From a candidate division WOR-3 bacterium (GTDB lineage: Bacteria; Hydrothermota; UBA3072): 64,000 bases of DNA. The stretch's first letter is position 1. Every line of letters begins with the position of its first letter. The position numbers and the translations under genes were made by a program. This document shows, piece after piece, positions 19,022 to 28,044 of this stretch. The notes beneath the pieces are model-generated. The model worked only from the letters and a program-made list of their open reading frames with translations. It did no database searches and had not been told where the DNA came from. The stretch lies in contig JAFGHJ010000023.1 in NCBI GenBank assembly GCA_016930175.1, positions 17,053 to 81,052 on the forward strand, written 5' to 3'.

Positions 19022-21770
19022 GATCAAGAAAGCGTCTGTTCACAACTTAAAAGGAATAGACGTCGATATACCGCGTGACGAGTTGGTGATTATAACCGGC
19101 ATTTCCGGGTCGGGCAAATCTTCTCTGGCGTTTGATACAATATACGCGGAAGGACAGAGAAGATATGTCGAATCGCTGTCGGCTTACGCCAGACAGTTCT
19201 TAGGTGTTATGGATAAGCCGGAGGTTCAATCTATAACAAACCTGTCCCCCACAATTTCAATAGAACAGAGAAAACTTTCTCGTAACCCTCGTTCAACCGT
19301 GGGTACGGTAACCGAAATATACGATTATCTTCGTGTTCTTTTCGCGAGAACCGGAACCGCAGAGTGTTACAATTGCGGAAAGGAAATATCTTCTCAGACC
19401 GTGGATGAAATTGTTGCTCAAATTTTATCATACCCTAAAGATTCGCATCTATACATACTTGCTCCTATTGCCAGAGGGAAAAAGGGTACATTTTCGGCAG
19501 AGTTGCGTAGAATTGAGGAAAAAGGATATGTAAGAGTGATAATAGACGGCGAAATTTTTGATATTGAGAGCGTTCCCGAACTCGATAAAAACAAACCGCA
19601 TAATATCGAAATAGTCGTAGATAGAATAATGCCAAAAAAAGAAATAAGAAGCAGAATTGCAGATTCCGTTGAAACCGCTCTTTCAGAAACCGAAGGTATA
19701 TTAATATTGAGGGATATCGATAAAGACGAGAACAGAATATTCTCCACGCAATTTGCATGTCCCGACTGCGGAATAAGTTATCCTGAAATTTCTCCGAGGC
19801 TATTTTCTTTTAATTCTCCCTACGGAGCCTGTCCGAAGTGTCAGGGCATAGGAACCGAGATGGAAATAGACCCGGAGAATATAATCCTTAACGAATCTTT
19901 ATCGATTCTTGAAGGGGCAATAGCGCCAGTAGGAGAACCCGGAGGGAGATTCCTGCGCGAATTAAATGATGTTGCATTTAAATATAATTTGGACTTAAAC
20001 AACCCCTGGGAAGATATAAATGAAAAAGATAGAAATATAATTTTATACGGTGCTGATTACTGGGAGGGAGTGATACCCTATCTGAACAGAAGACACCGCA
20101 GTACCGAATCCGATTGGATAAGAAGCGAGATAGAAAAATATATGATCTTTGCACCCTGCACCGAATGTGGCGGCTCTCGCCTGCGAAAGGAAGCTCTGTC
20201 CATAAAAATAAATAATAAAAACATACATGATGTCGCTAAGATGAACATTACTCAAGCAAGAAAATTCACGGAAAATATAAAATTCAATGATGAAAGGCAG
20301 AAAATTGCTAATGAATTAATAAGAGAGATCCTTCACCGTCTTCGTTTCTTGGAAGACGTAGGCGTAGATTACCTGACTCTGGAAAGGTCGACTCAAACAC
20401 TTGCCGGAGGAGAAGCGCAGAGAGTACATCTCGCGACTCAAATCGGCTCCGGTCTGGTTGGAATTATTTATATCCTCGACGAGCCGACTATTGGTCTGCA
20501 TGAAAGAGACATACTGAGGCTGATCAAAACTTTGAAATCTCTTAGAGATATCGGAAATACTGTAATATTGGTAGAACATGATTTCAAAAGTATCTTATCC
20601 GCGGATTGGGTAATAGACCTTGGTCCAGGCGCAGGTGCGAAAGGAGGAAAAGTCGTATTTACAGGTACCCCGGGGGATTTGAAGAAAAACGGTAAAACTA
20701 TAACAGGCAAATATCTCTCCGGAAAAGAAAAAATTCCTGTACCTGATAAGCGAAATAAAAAGAAAAAAGATAAAACCATCAAAATTCTGGGTGCTGAAGG
20801 CAACAATCTTAAAAAGCTGGACGTCGAAATACCTCTGAACTGCTTTGTTTGTATAACGGGTGTTTCGGGTTCAGGGAAAAGTACCCTGCTTATCGATATT
20901 TTATACCGGGCGCTCGCGAGAACCTTCCACGGTTCAAGATATCTTCCTCTTCCTCACGAAAAAATAGAAGGAGTGGAAAATATCGATAAAGTAATAAACA
21001 TCGACCAGAGTCCCATAGGCAGAACCCCCCGTTCAAATCCTGCGACGTATACAGGGGCATTTGATCCGATAAGAGACTTTTACGCCGAACTCCCCGCGTC
21101 GAGGGTCAGGGGCTACGACAAGGGAAGATTCTCATTCAATGTAGAGGGAGGAAGATGTGAAGAATGCAGCGGTCAGGGGCAGAAGAAAATAGAAATGCAT
21201 TTCCTGTCCGATGTTTACGTTACCTGTAAAGCCTGCAAGGGAAAAAGGTATAAAAAAGAAACTCTGGAAGTAGAATATAAAGAGAAAAATATAGCGGATG
21301 TTCTCGATTTAACGGTATCGGAAGCTCTTTCCTTTTTTTTCGATATTCCAAATGCGAGGCAAAAGTTAAAACTCCTGCAGGATGTGGGTTTAGGATATAT
21401 AAAACTCGGTCAGCCCGCGACCACTCTTTCGGGTGGGGAAGCCCAGAGAATAAAACTGGCAAAAGAACTTTCCAAAGTCGCAACAGGTGATACTCTTTAT
21501 CTTCTCGACGAACCGACAACCGGTTTGCACGCTCATGATATTCGTTTGTTGTTAAAAATACTGAGGCGGCTCGTTGATATGGGCAACACGGTCGTTGTTA
21601 TCGAACATAATCTTGACGTAATAAAATGCGCGGACTGGATTATAGACCTCGGACCCGAAGGAGGAGCAGAAGGCGGAGAACTTATCGGCGAGGGTACTCC
21701 TGAAGAAATCGCGGAAATAAAAAAATCCTATACGGGGAAATTTCTGAAAGAAATCCTGGAGAAAAATTAA
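19005..21770 (+). CDS. uvrA: Excinuclease ABC subunit A
   Basis: Two ABC ATPase modules (GISGSGKSS, GVSGSGKST), EGQRRYVESLS and zinc fingers. Confidence 0.98.
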   Translation: MKKNIEIKKASVHNLKGIDVDIPRDELVIITGISGSGKSSLAFDTIYAEGQRRYVESLSAYARQFLGVMDKPEVQSITNLSPTISIEQRKLSRNPRSTVGTVTEIYDYLRVLFARTGTAECYNCGKEISSQTVDEIVAQILSYPKDSHLYILAPIARGKKGTFSAELRRIEEKGYVRVIIDGEIFDIESVPELDKNKPHNIEIVVDRIMPKKEIRSRIADSVETALSETEGILILRDIDKDENRIFSTQFACPDCGISYPEISPRLFSFNSPYGACPKCQGIGTEMEIDPENIILNESLSILEGAIAPVGEPGGRFLRELNDVAFKYNLDLNNPWEDINEKDRNIILYGADYWEGVIPYLNRRHRSTESDWIRSEIEKYMIFAPCTECGGSRLRKEALSIKINNKNIHDVAKMNITQARKFTENIKFNDERQKIANELIREILHRLRFLEDVGVDYLTLERSTQTLAGGEAQRVHLATQIGSGLVGIIYILDEPTIGLHERDILRLIKTLKSLRDIGNTVILVEHDFKSILSADWVIDLGPGAGAKGGKVVFTGTPGDLKKNGKTITGKYLSGKEKIPVPDKRNKKKKDKTIKILGAEGNNLKKLDVEIPLNCFVCITGVSGSGKSTLLIDILYRALARTFHGSRYLPLPHEKIEGVENIDKVINIDQSPIGRTPRSNPATYTGAFDPIRDFYAELPASRVRGYDKGRFSFNVEGGRCEECSGQGQKKIEMHFLSDVYVTCKACKGKRYKKETLEVEYKEKNIADVLDLTVSEALSFFFDIPNARQKLKLLQDVGLGYIKLGQPATTLSGGEAQRIKLAKELSKVATGDTLYLLDEPTTGLHAHDIRLLLKILRRLVDMGNTVVVIEHNLDVIKCADWIIDLGPEGGAEGGELIGEGTPEEIAEIKKSYTGKFLKEILEKN

Positions 21771-21963
21771 CCACAAAGGCACAAAGAACACAAAGCCCCA
21801 CTCCCAACTAAATTTTGTATTTATTTAACCACAGAGTGCACAGAGAAAACAACTGTTTGTTTAAAACCCAACCCTTCCCAAAAACAAGTAACAACAAATT
21901 ACACAAATGACACGAATGGTTTAATTTTTCTACTAAATCCCAATCCCTAAATCCTGAATCCCA
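21769..21963. repeat. Intergenic repeat-module array (all arms in one orientation)
   Basis: AACCACAAAGGCACAAAGAACACAAAG + CCCCACTCCC; AACCACAGAGTGCACAGAG; AACAACAAATTACACAAATGACACGAAT; AATCCCAATCCCTAAATCCTGAATCCCAA. Confidence 0.8.
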
Positions 21964-22020
21964 ATTTTACCCTTGAATATTTACCTGAAAATGCGCATAA
22001 TTGTAATAACGGAATAAAAA

Positions 22021-24018
22021 ATGAAGTGTCCGAACTGTAAAGAAAGCGAACTCGCTCCGGTAATGACTAAAAACGGAGTGCTGGTGGATTATTGTCCGAG
22101 ATGCGAAGGTATATGGCTGGATAGGGGAGAAATTTATTATTTTACAAAAACTCCTAAGTATCTGCGCTGGAAAATTAAAGACGGACTAAAGAATTCCAGG
22201 CTCTCTAAAATTCTAAATCCTCATTCTCATACTCCTCTCGTCGGACTACCCTTACGGGGAAACAAAATGGTGATTTACTATTGTCTTAAAACGGGAGGTG
22301 TCTGGATAGATAAAGAAGTACTGGATGAATTTCTTAGCGAAAAAAATTTCTTTATAAAAATCGAAATCGATAAAAATACCTTTCCTTCCGAACTCAAAGC
22401 TCCTGTAGGAGCGCCGGTTCATTTGCCAAACCTGGCTCTGACTTCCGGAGTGACTCTTTTTATCCTTTACGGGCTGCTTTCGCTGATTCTTATTTCGCTG
22501 GTAAATCTGGGCTATCTTGACCCGATTATAGCTTTGATTATCGGGGTTGGCATAGCGTTTGTGCAATTTTTAATCTCTCCTTTCCTGATGGATTTCGTTT
22601 TGCGATTTTTATACAAGATGAGATGGAGACCACTGGAAAGGTTACCAGAAAAATTGCAGACCTTTTTAAAAGATATTTCTCCTAAGCACAATATCAGAGT
22701 GCCGAAATTCGGAATAATTTATGACGGTTCACCCAACGCTTTTACCTACGGGCATGTTCCCAATGACGCAAGAATAATTATCACTTCGGGGCTTATGGAT
22801 CTTCTTGGAGAGGATGAACTCGAAGCGGTGGTGGCGCATGAAATCGGTCACGCCGTACACTGGGATATGCTTGTTATGACTATTGCATACGTTGTACCTT
22901 TGATTTTATACTATATTTTTCGCACCTTGATTCGAATAAAAACAAGCGGAAAAGACAAATCTGCCCCGGTTCGTTACGCAATTGCAATAAGTTCCTATGT
23001 TCTTTATTTGATATCCGAGTACATGGTCCTTGGTTTTTCGCGTGTAAGAGAATATTTTGCCGATAGGTTCGCAGGTAAAAATTGTAATCCTAATAATTTA
23101 GCCTCCGCTCTGGTTAAGATAGGATACGGTCTTGCGGGGAAAGGTAAGAAGAAAGAGCGCAGAAAACCGCAGTTGGAATCGATAAAAGCAATGGGAATAT
23201 TCGACCCGACTTCAGCCGTCTCTTTGGCAATCTCCTCTTATCATCCCCGATTTATGGGAAGAGATGTAGATAAAGATACATTAAAAAGCGTCATGCGGTG
23301 GGATTTATGGAGTCCCTGGGCAAAGTATTATGAGCTTCACTCGACGCATCCTTTAATAGCCAAAAGACTGCTCGCTTTAAGCAGACAGGCGGAAACTAAA
23401 GGTGAGTCTCCTTACGTTGTTTTTAACGAGAGACGTCCTGAAAGTTACTGGGACGAATTTCTGCTCGATTTCTTAATAGTTTTATTGCCGGTTGTTGCGA
23501 TTGTCTTAAGTGCGGTGCTCTTTTTTGTAAAACGGGATATTATGTTCCTTGAATTGGGTGTTTTATTATTGGGTGGAACTTATTTACTTAGAACTTTTTT
23601 CTCGTACAATTTTTCCTTCTTCCCCGAGATGAAAATTTCATCGCTTTTAAAGAAGGTTAAAGTCTCCGGTGTACGTCCTGTACCCTGCAGGATAAAAGGC
23701 AAAATTATCGGTAGAGGTGTACCTGGATTAATATGGAGCGAAGATTTCGTCTTGCAGGATGATACGGGAATAATATTCTTAGATTACCGTCAACCTCTGG
23801 GTATCTGGAATTTCTTGTTCGGGCTTTTGAGGGCTAAAAGATACCAGGGTGAAGAGGTTAAGATAACAGGATGGTACCGCCGTGCCCCGGTTCCTTATAT
23901 AGAAATAAAAAGCATGGAAACATCAACAGGTAAAAGCACCTGTTATGTATTTAGGGTTAAAATTATAGTTGGAATAATACTTACACTTCTTGGCGCAGTT
24001 CTTCTTGTTTTAAAATAA
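22021..24018 (+). CDS. HtpX/M48 membrane metalloprotease with N-terminal zf-TFIIB-like zinc ribbon and C-terminal extension
   Basis: CPNC..CPRCEGIWLDRGE, PNAF, HEIGH, SRVREYFAD and STHP motifs; multiple TM segments. Confidence 0.88.
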   Translation: MKCPNCKESELAPVMTKNGVLVDYCPRCEGIWLDRGEIYYFTKTPKYLRWKIKDGLKNSRLSKILNPHSHTPLVGLPLRGNKMVIYYCLKTGGVWIDKEVLDEFLSEKNFFIKIEIDKNTFPSELKAPVGAPVHLPNLALTSGVTLFILYGLLSLILISLVNLGYLDPIIALIIGVGIAFVQFLISPFLMDFVLRFLYKMRWRPLERLPEKLQTFLKDISPKHNIRVPKFGIIYDGSPNAFTYGHVPNDARIIITSGLMDLLGEDELEAVVAHEIGHAVHWDMLVMTIAYVVPLILYYIFRTLIRIKTSGKDKSAPVRYAIAISSYVLYLISEYMVLGFSRVREYFADRFAGKNCNPNNLASALVKIGYGLAGKGKKKERRKPQLESIKAMGIFDPTSAVSLAISSYHPRFMGRDVDKDTLKSVMRWDLWSPWAKYYELHSTHPLIAKRLLALSRQAETKGESPYVVFNERRPESYWDEFLLDFLIVLLPVVAIVLSAVLFFVKRDIMFLELGVLLLGGTYLLRTFFSYNFSFFPEMKISSLLKKVKVSGVRPVPCRIKGKIIGRGVPGLIWSEDFVLQDDTGIIFLDYRQPLGIWNFLFGLLRAKRYQGEEVKITGWYRRAPVPYIEIKSMETSTGKSTCYVFRVKIIVGIILTLLGAVLLVLK

Positions 24019-24040
24019 ACAGAACTAAAAAGGAGGTCTT

Positions 24041-25180
24041 ATGAAAAGACTTGTATTGGTGTTATTGTTTGCTCTTCCTGCTTTTTTATCGGCTCTTATA
24101 ATTGATCATACCTGTGTTGATATAACACAAATTCCTGAATCCGCGATACTGGCAGCAAAAGATTCTCTTCATATAGCTTACGGCCATACTTCTCACGGAA
24201 GGCAAATAGTAACTGAAGGTATGGCGGGACTCGTCGAATTTGCCAATAACGGGGGGAAGGGGCTTTCCTTGCCGACGGATATTTTTGCATGGAATAACGG
24301 GGGAACAGATGGGGTTCTCGATTTGCACGATTATGCTATGTCCGGAGATGTCGGATATTATCCGCAATGGGTTAACGAAACCAGAACCTATCTCGACAAT
24401 CCGGCAAATTCGGACGTTAATGTTATTATGTGGTCCTGGTGTGGGCAGGTCGATGGACATTATGCGAGCGGGCATCTCTGGGATTGGTATCTTGAGCCTA
24501 TGACAGAGTTAGAGGAAGATTATCCGGAGGTGGTATTTATTTATATGACAGGGCATGTGGATATATACGACGATGCTAACAATAAAGCAGCAAATGACTC
24601 GATAAGGTCATACTGCCAGAATCACGATAAAGTCCTTTTCGATTTTGCGGATTTTGATCGTCATGATCCGGACGGTACTTATTATGAATTTGTAAACGAT
24701 AATTGTGACTACTATGATGCGGTAGGCGGTACTTTACTCGGTAACTGGGCAACAGAATGGCAGAATACTCATACTGAAGGAGTGGACTGGTACGATTGCG
24801 GAGCCGCTCATTCTGTATCTTTAAACGCGAATCAGAAAGCATACGGGGCCTGGTGGATGTGGGCACGCCTTGCTGGGTGGGGACCCGCCGGAATATCCGA
24901 GAATCCGGATTCCGATAGCGATTTAAAACTATCTGTTGTTAATGATATAAATGTTATATCAGACAATACGATTGAACTCTCCTTTTATATTCCCGAAGAT
25001 GGTCCAGCGACAATAGAAGCTTATAACATAAGTGGGGCAAAAATCGATTTAATCTTAAGAGATAATCTTCCGGCAGGGTCTCATAGTTGCTCTTGGGATA
25101 GAAACGGAAAATCAGGAGTTATAATTATAAAGTTAAAACACAGTTCGGGTATAACTTCGGTTAAATTGAACTGTATTTAA
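24041..25180 (+). CDS. Secreted protein, putative SGNH-like domain plus T9SS-type C-terminal domain
   Basis: Signal peptide, AYGHTSHG, and a C-terminal YNISG..G..SW..SGVIIIKL sorting-like domain; AGGAGG RBS. Confidence 0.6.
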   Translation: MKRLVLVLLFALPAFLSALIIDHTCVDITQIPESAILAAKDSLHIAYGHTSHGRQIVTEGMAGLVEFANNGGKGLSLPTDIFAWNNGGTDGVLDLHDYAMSGDVGYYPQWVNETRTYLDNPANSDVNVIMWSWCGQVDGHYASGHLWDWYLEPMTELEEDYPEVVFIYMTGHVDIYDDANNKAANDSIRSYCQNHDKVLFDFADFDRHDPDGTYYEFVNDNCDYYDAVGGTLLGNWATEWQNTHTEGVDWYDCGAAHSVSLNANQKAYGAWWMWARLAGWGPAGISENPDSDSDLKLSVVNDINVISDNTIELSFYIPEDGPATIEAYNISGAKIDLILRDNLPAGSHSCSWDRNGKSGVIIIKLKHSSGITSVKLNCI

Positions 25181-25185
25181 AAAAA

Positions 25186-26661
25186 CTAAACCGCTCCTTT
25201 TCTTTTAGCAAGAATTATAGCGGTGAGAGCTAAAAAAATGATAAGCCCCATTCCCGTATAGGTTGTCCAGATAGGATAACCTCCGTAGCCTTTTTTTATC
25301 AGATTTACAAACTGAAAAACAAGAGAGGTTCCGAGAAAAGCGGGGGTAAGGAATTTTATAAATATATCCCACCATATGCCTATCTTCATTTCTGAAACTT
25401 GATTGATATAGCTTCTGGCTTTTTTTGCACCAAGTACGTAGCCTATAATTATGCACTCAAGAAGACCAACCACAGTAATTCCGTAATTGGTGATAAAATG
25501 GTCTGCTATATCAATCCAGTAAAGCCCTGCTCTTGTGGTGAAAGGCAATCCCACGAGAAATCCAAGTACACAGATAACAGGTAGTACGTACTTTTTCTTT
25601 GCCCCCCATTTATCAACGATACTTTCGACTACAGGTTCGGTCATAGAAAATGCCGAGTCAATTCCCAGGGTAAGAAGTAGTAAGAAGAAAAGAGCCGCAA
25701 AAAACCGTGCCGCTACAGGAAGCAAACTGATTGCCATAGGGTAAGTCACAAAGGCGAGCCCGATACCGGAAGTCGTAACATCTTTAACAGAAACGCCGAG
25801 TGTTTGTGCAAGATATCCTAACGTTGAGAAAACCGCGAATCCTGCAACAAAAGAAGTCAGACAGTTGGCTATACTTGTCAGGAAAGCATTTACTGTAATA
25901 TCCGATTCTTCATGCAAGTAACTCGCATAAACAATTAAAGTACCCATTGCAAGAGAAAGCGTGAAAAATATCTGACCGTAAGCCGCGAGCCAGACTTTAG
26001 GTTTCAGTAAAACCGAAAAATCTGGGGTTAGATAAAATTTAATGCCTTCGATGGCTCCTGGAAGAGTTAGCCCTCTTATTACCATAATGACAATTATCAA
26101 CCAGGGAATTATAACGGTGAAGTATACAATTTTTCCGAGTGTTTCCACACCCTTAAAAAGACTCAAATAAATCCACAACCATACTAAAGCAAGTCCGAAT
26201 ACTATAGGAAGTCTTATCCCGCCGAGAACAGAAGGAGAGCTTGACAGTTGAAGTATATCGTTGTTGAAGAATGCTTTTACGGATTCGGCTGTGTTGCCCC
26301 ATCCCAGATCAAAAGAATAATAAAGATAATTCACACACCACCCCATAATTGTACAGTAGTAAGTCGATAGAATAAATATCAGCAGTATAGCAAACCAACC
26401 TGCCCATTCGGCTCTGTGCCATATTTTCCTGAAAGCTATTGGAGGGGCGCTCTGTGTAAAGTGTCCAACGTAGTATTCAAGTATCATTAGAGGAATTCCT
26501 GCCGTAATCAGAGCAATCAGATAGGGTATCAGGAATGCTCCTCCTCCGTTTTCATAAGTAATGTAGGGAAATCTCCATACGTTACCGAGACCTATCGCCG
26601 AACCGATAACCGCAAAAAGAAAAGCTGATCTCGAGCTCCACCTTTCTCTTGTAGATTCCAT
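25186..26661 (-). CDS. Sodium-dependent transporter, NSS/SNF family
   Basis: RERWSSR..GSAIGLGNVWRFPY..NGGGAFLIPY and WLAAYGQIFFTLS motifs. Probable start MESTRER (26661); the ORF track gives 26670. Confidence 0.93.
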   Translation of the reverse strand: MESTRERWSSRSAFLFAVIGSAIGLGNVWRFPYITYENGGGAFLIPYLIALITAGIPLMILEYYVGHFTQSAPPIAFRKIWHRAEWAGWFAILLIFILSTYYCTIMGWCVNYLYYSFDLGWGNTAESVKAFFNNDILQLSSSPSVLGGIRLPIVFGLALVWLWIYLSLFKGVETLGKIVYFTVIIPWLIIVIMVIRGLTLPGAIEGIKFYLTPDFSVLLKPKVWLAAYGQIFFTLSLAMGTLIVYASYLHEESDITVNAFLTSIANCLTSFVAGFAVFSTLGYLAQTLGVSVKDVTTSGIGLAFVTYPMAISLLPVAARFFAALFFLLLLTLGIDSAFSMTEPVVESIVDKWGAKKKYVLPVICVLGFLVGLPFTTRAGLYWIDIADHFITNYGITVVGLLECIIIGYVLGAKKARSYINQVSEMKIGIWWDIFIKFLTPAFLGTSLVFQFVNLIKKGYGGYPIWTTYTGMGLIIFLALTAIILAKRKGAV

Positions 26662-27689
26662 TATATACACCTTGTTTTGTTTATATAAAGCAAATCGGAG
26701 AGAAGTGCGTAGCCGGTTTCTCTTTTTCCTGCGCCGGGACCGGAAACCATTATATTTCCGAGAGTATCCGTAGTGAAGTTTATTGCGTTTATTGAACCCG
26801 TTATCTTAGAGAGGGGATCCTGATCACTTAAAATCTCGGGAGCAACAGAAGCAATAATTCCACTTTCGGTCTTCTTGACCGAGGCTATAAGTTTCCAGTG
26901 TTTGTGATCCTTTAAAGCTTTGATTATATCCTTTTCCGTTACGGTATCAATACCCTTTACGGAGACATCCTTGATTTTTAGATCGCCTCCCATAAGAACA
27001 TTTGCAACAATAACTATTTTTGCGGCAGAATCCCATCCTTTTATATCGGCTTCAGGCTGTTCTTCGGCAATACCTTTTTTTCTTGCTTTTTTTAAGGCTT
27101 CTTCATAAGAGAGTCCGATTTCCATCTTGGTTAGAATGTAATTGGCAGTTCCGTTCATTATCCCCCTGACTTCTTTTATTTCAATACCTTTAAAGGTAGA
27201 TTCAGCAAGATTTATCACGGGAGTTCCTGAAAGAACAGTTCCTTCAAAACGAAAGCCAACGTCGTTTTTACTTGCAATATCTTTCAGTTCCCTGTAAGCA
27301 AGAACGATCGGACCTTTATTTGTGGTTACTACATTCTTCTTATTATTTAGAGCGGTTCGAATTAGAGACAAGCCGGGTTCCCCGGTTTTAAGGTTGGTTG
27401 GGGTTGCCTCTACAATTGTATCTGCATTTGCTTCTTTTATAGTTTTTTCTGAATCCCAACCCTTTACTCCGTCAGGATAATCTTTAATATTATTATCTTT
27501 CTGTAATAGAGCCAATATTTCTTCGATGTTTAATCCTTTCTCGGAAAAAACGGAACCGACAACAGGGTCGGAGATAGCCGTAACCAAAGGATTAAAGTTA
27601 TATTCCTTTTGAAGGATATCTTTTTTCTCGAGGAGTAATTCTAATAAACCTCTATTTACAGTTCCTAAACCGATCAGAGCCAATTTCAT
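26661..27689 (-). CDS. hom: Homoserine dehydrogenase
   Basis: GLGTV Rossmann motif, VVTTNKGP, FEGTVLSGTP, GIMNGTANYIL and GPGAG motifs. Confidence 0.92.
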   Translation of the reverse strand: MKLALIGLGTVNRGLLELLLEKKDILQKEYNFNPLVTAISDPVVGSVFSEKGLNIEEILALLQKDNNIKDYPDGVKGWDSEKTIKEANADTIVEATPTNLKTGEPGLSLIRTALNNKKNVVTTNKGPIVLAYRELKDIASKNDVGFRFEGTVLSGTPVINLAESTFKGIEIKEVRGIMNGTANYILTKMEIGLSYEEALKKARKKGIAEEQPEADIKGWDSAAKIVIVANVLMGGDLKIKDVSVKGIDTVTEKDIIKALKDHKHWKLIASVKKTESGIIASVAPEILSDQDPLSKITGSINAINFTTDTLGNIMVSGPGAGKRETGYALLSDLLYINKTRCI

Positions 27690-27720
27690 TCAAATCTCCT
27701 TATTATTGTATTAACGAACA

Positions 27721-27748
27721 AATATAGAAAAACTTCTTTTGTTGTCAA
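27721..27748 (-). promoter_or_regulatory. Promoter of the hom-NSS operon
   Basis: Minus strand TTGACA-16 nt-TATATT. Confidence 0.6.
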
Positions 27749-27753
27749 GGGAA

Positions 27754-27950
27754 GTGCCACCCCAAGCCACCCTATTTTGAACCACAGAGAGCACAGAGAA
27801 AAAAGAACTCACAGAGAGCACAGAGAAAAATGTATATTTTGTTGTTTAAAAGCTCCCAACCCAAGCAAAAAGATTATTGAACCACAAAGATGACACAGTT
27901 TTATTTTTTTAAGTCAAAAGCAAAAGGCAAACAGCTAATAGCTTGGGAGT
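27754..27950. repeat. Intergenic repeat-module array between divergent promoters
   Basis: C-tract, AACCACAGAGAGCACAGAGAAAAAAGAACTCACAGAGAGCACAGAGAA, TTGTTGTTTAAAA, C-tract, AACCACAAAG, then heptamers CAAAAGG-CAAACAG-CTAATAG. Confidence 0.85.
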
Positions 27951-27970
27951 GTTGTAAGTGGTTTTATTCC

Positions 27971-27999
27971 TTGACATATAAAATCAAATTTATTATAAT
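27971..27999 (+). promoter_or_regulatory. Promoter of CBM9 gene 1 (near-identical to the lpoB operon promoter)
   Basis: TTGACA-17 nt-TATAAT. Confidence 0.75.
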
Positions 28000-28044
28000 A
28001 CTTATTATAATATCCAAAATTTTAAGTGTTAAGGAGGTTATCAA

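Noticed and set aside
21769-21963. Intergenic repeat arrays interpreted as CRISPR
   Set aside because: The repeats are degenerate 7-9-nt tandem units without constant 23-47-nt direct repeats and unique spacers, and no cas genes are present.
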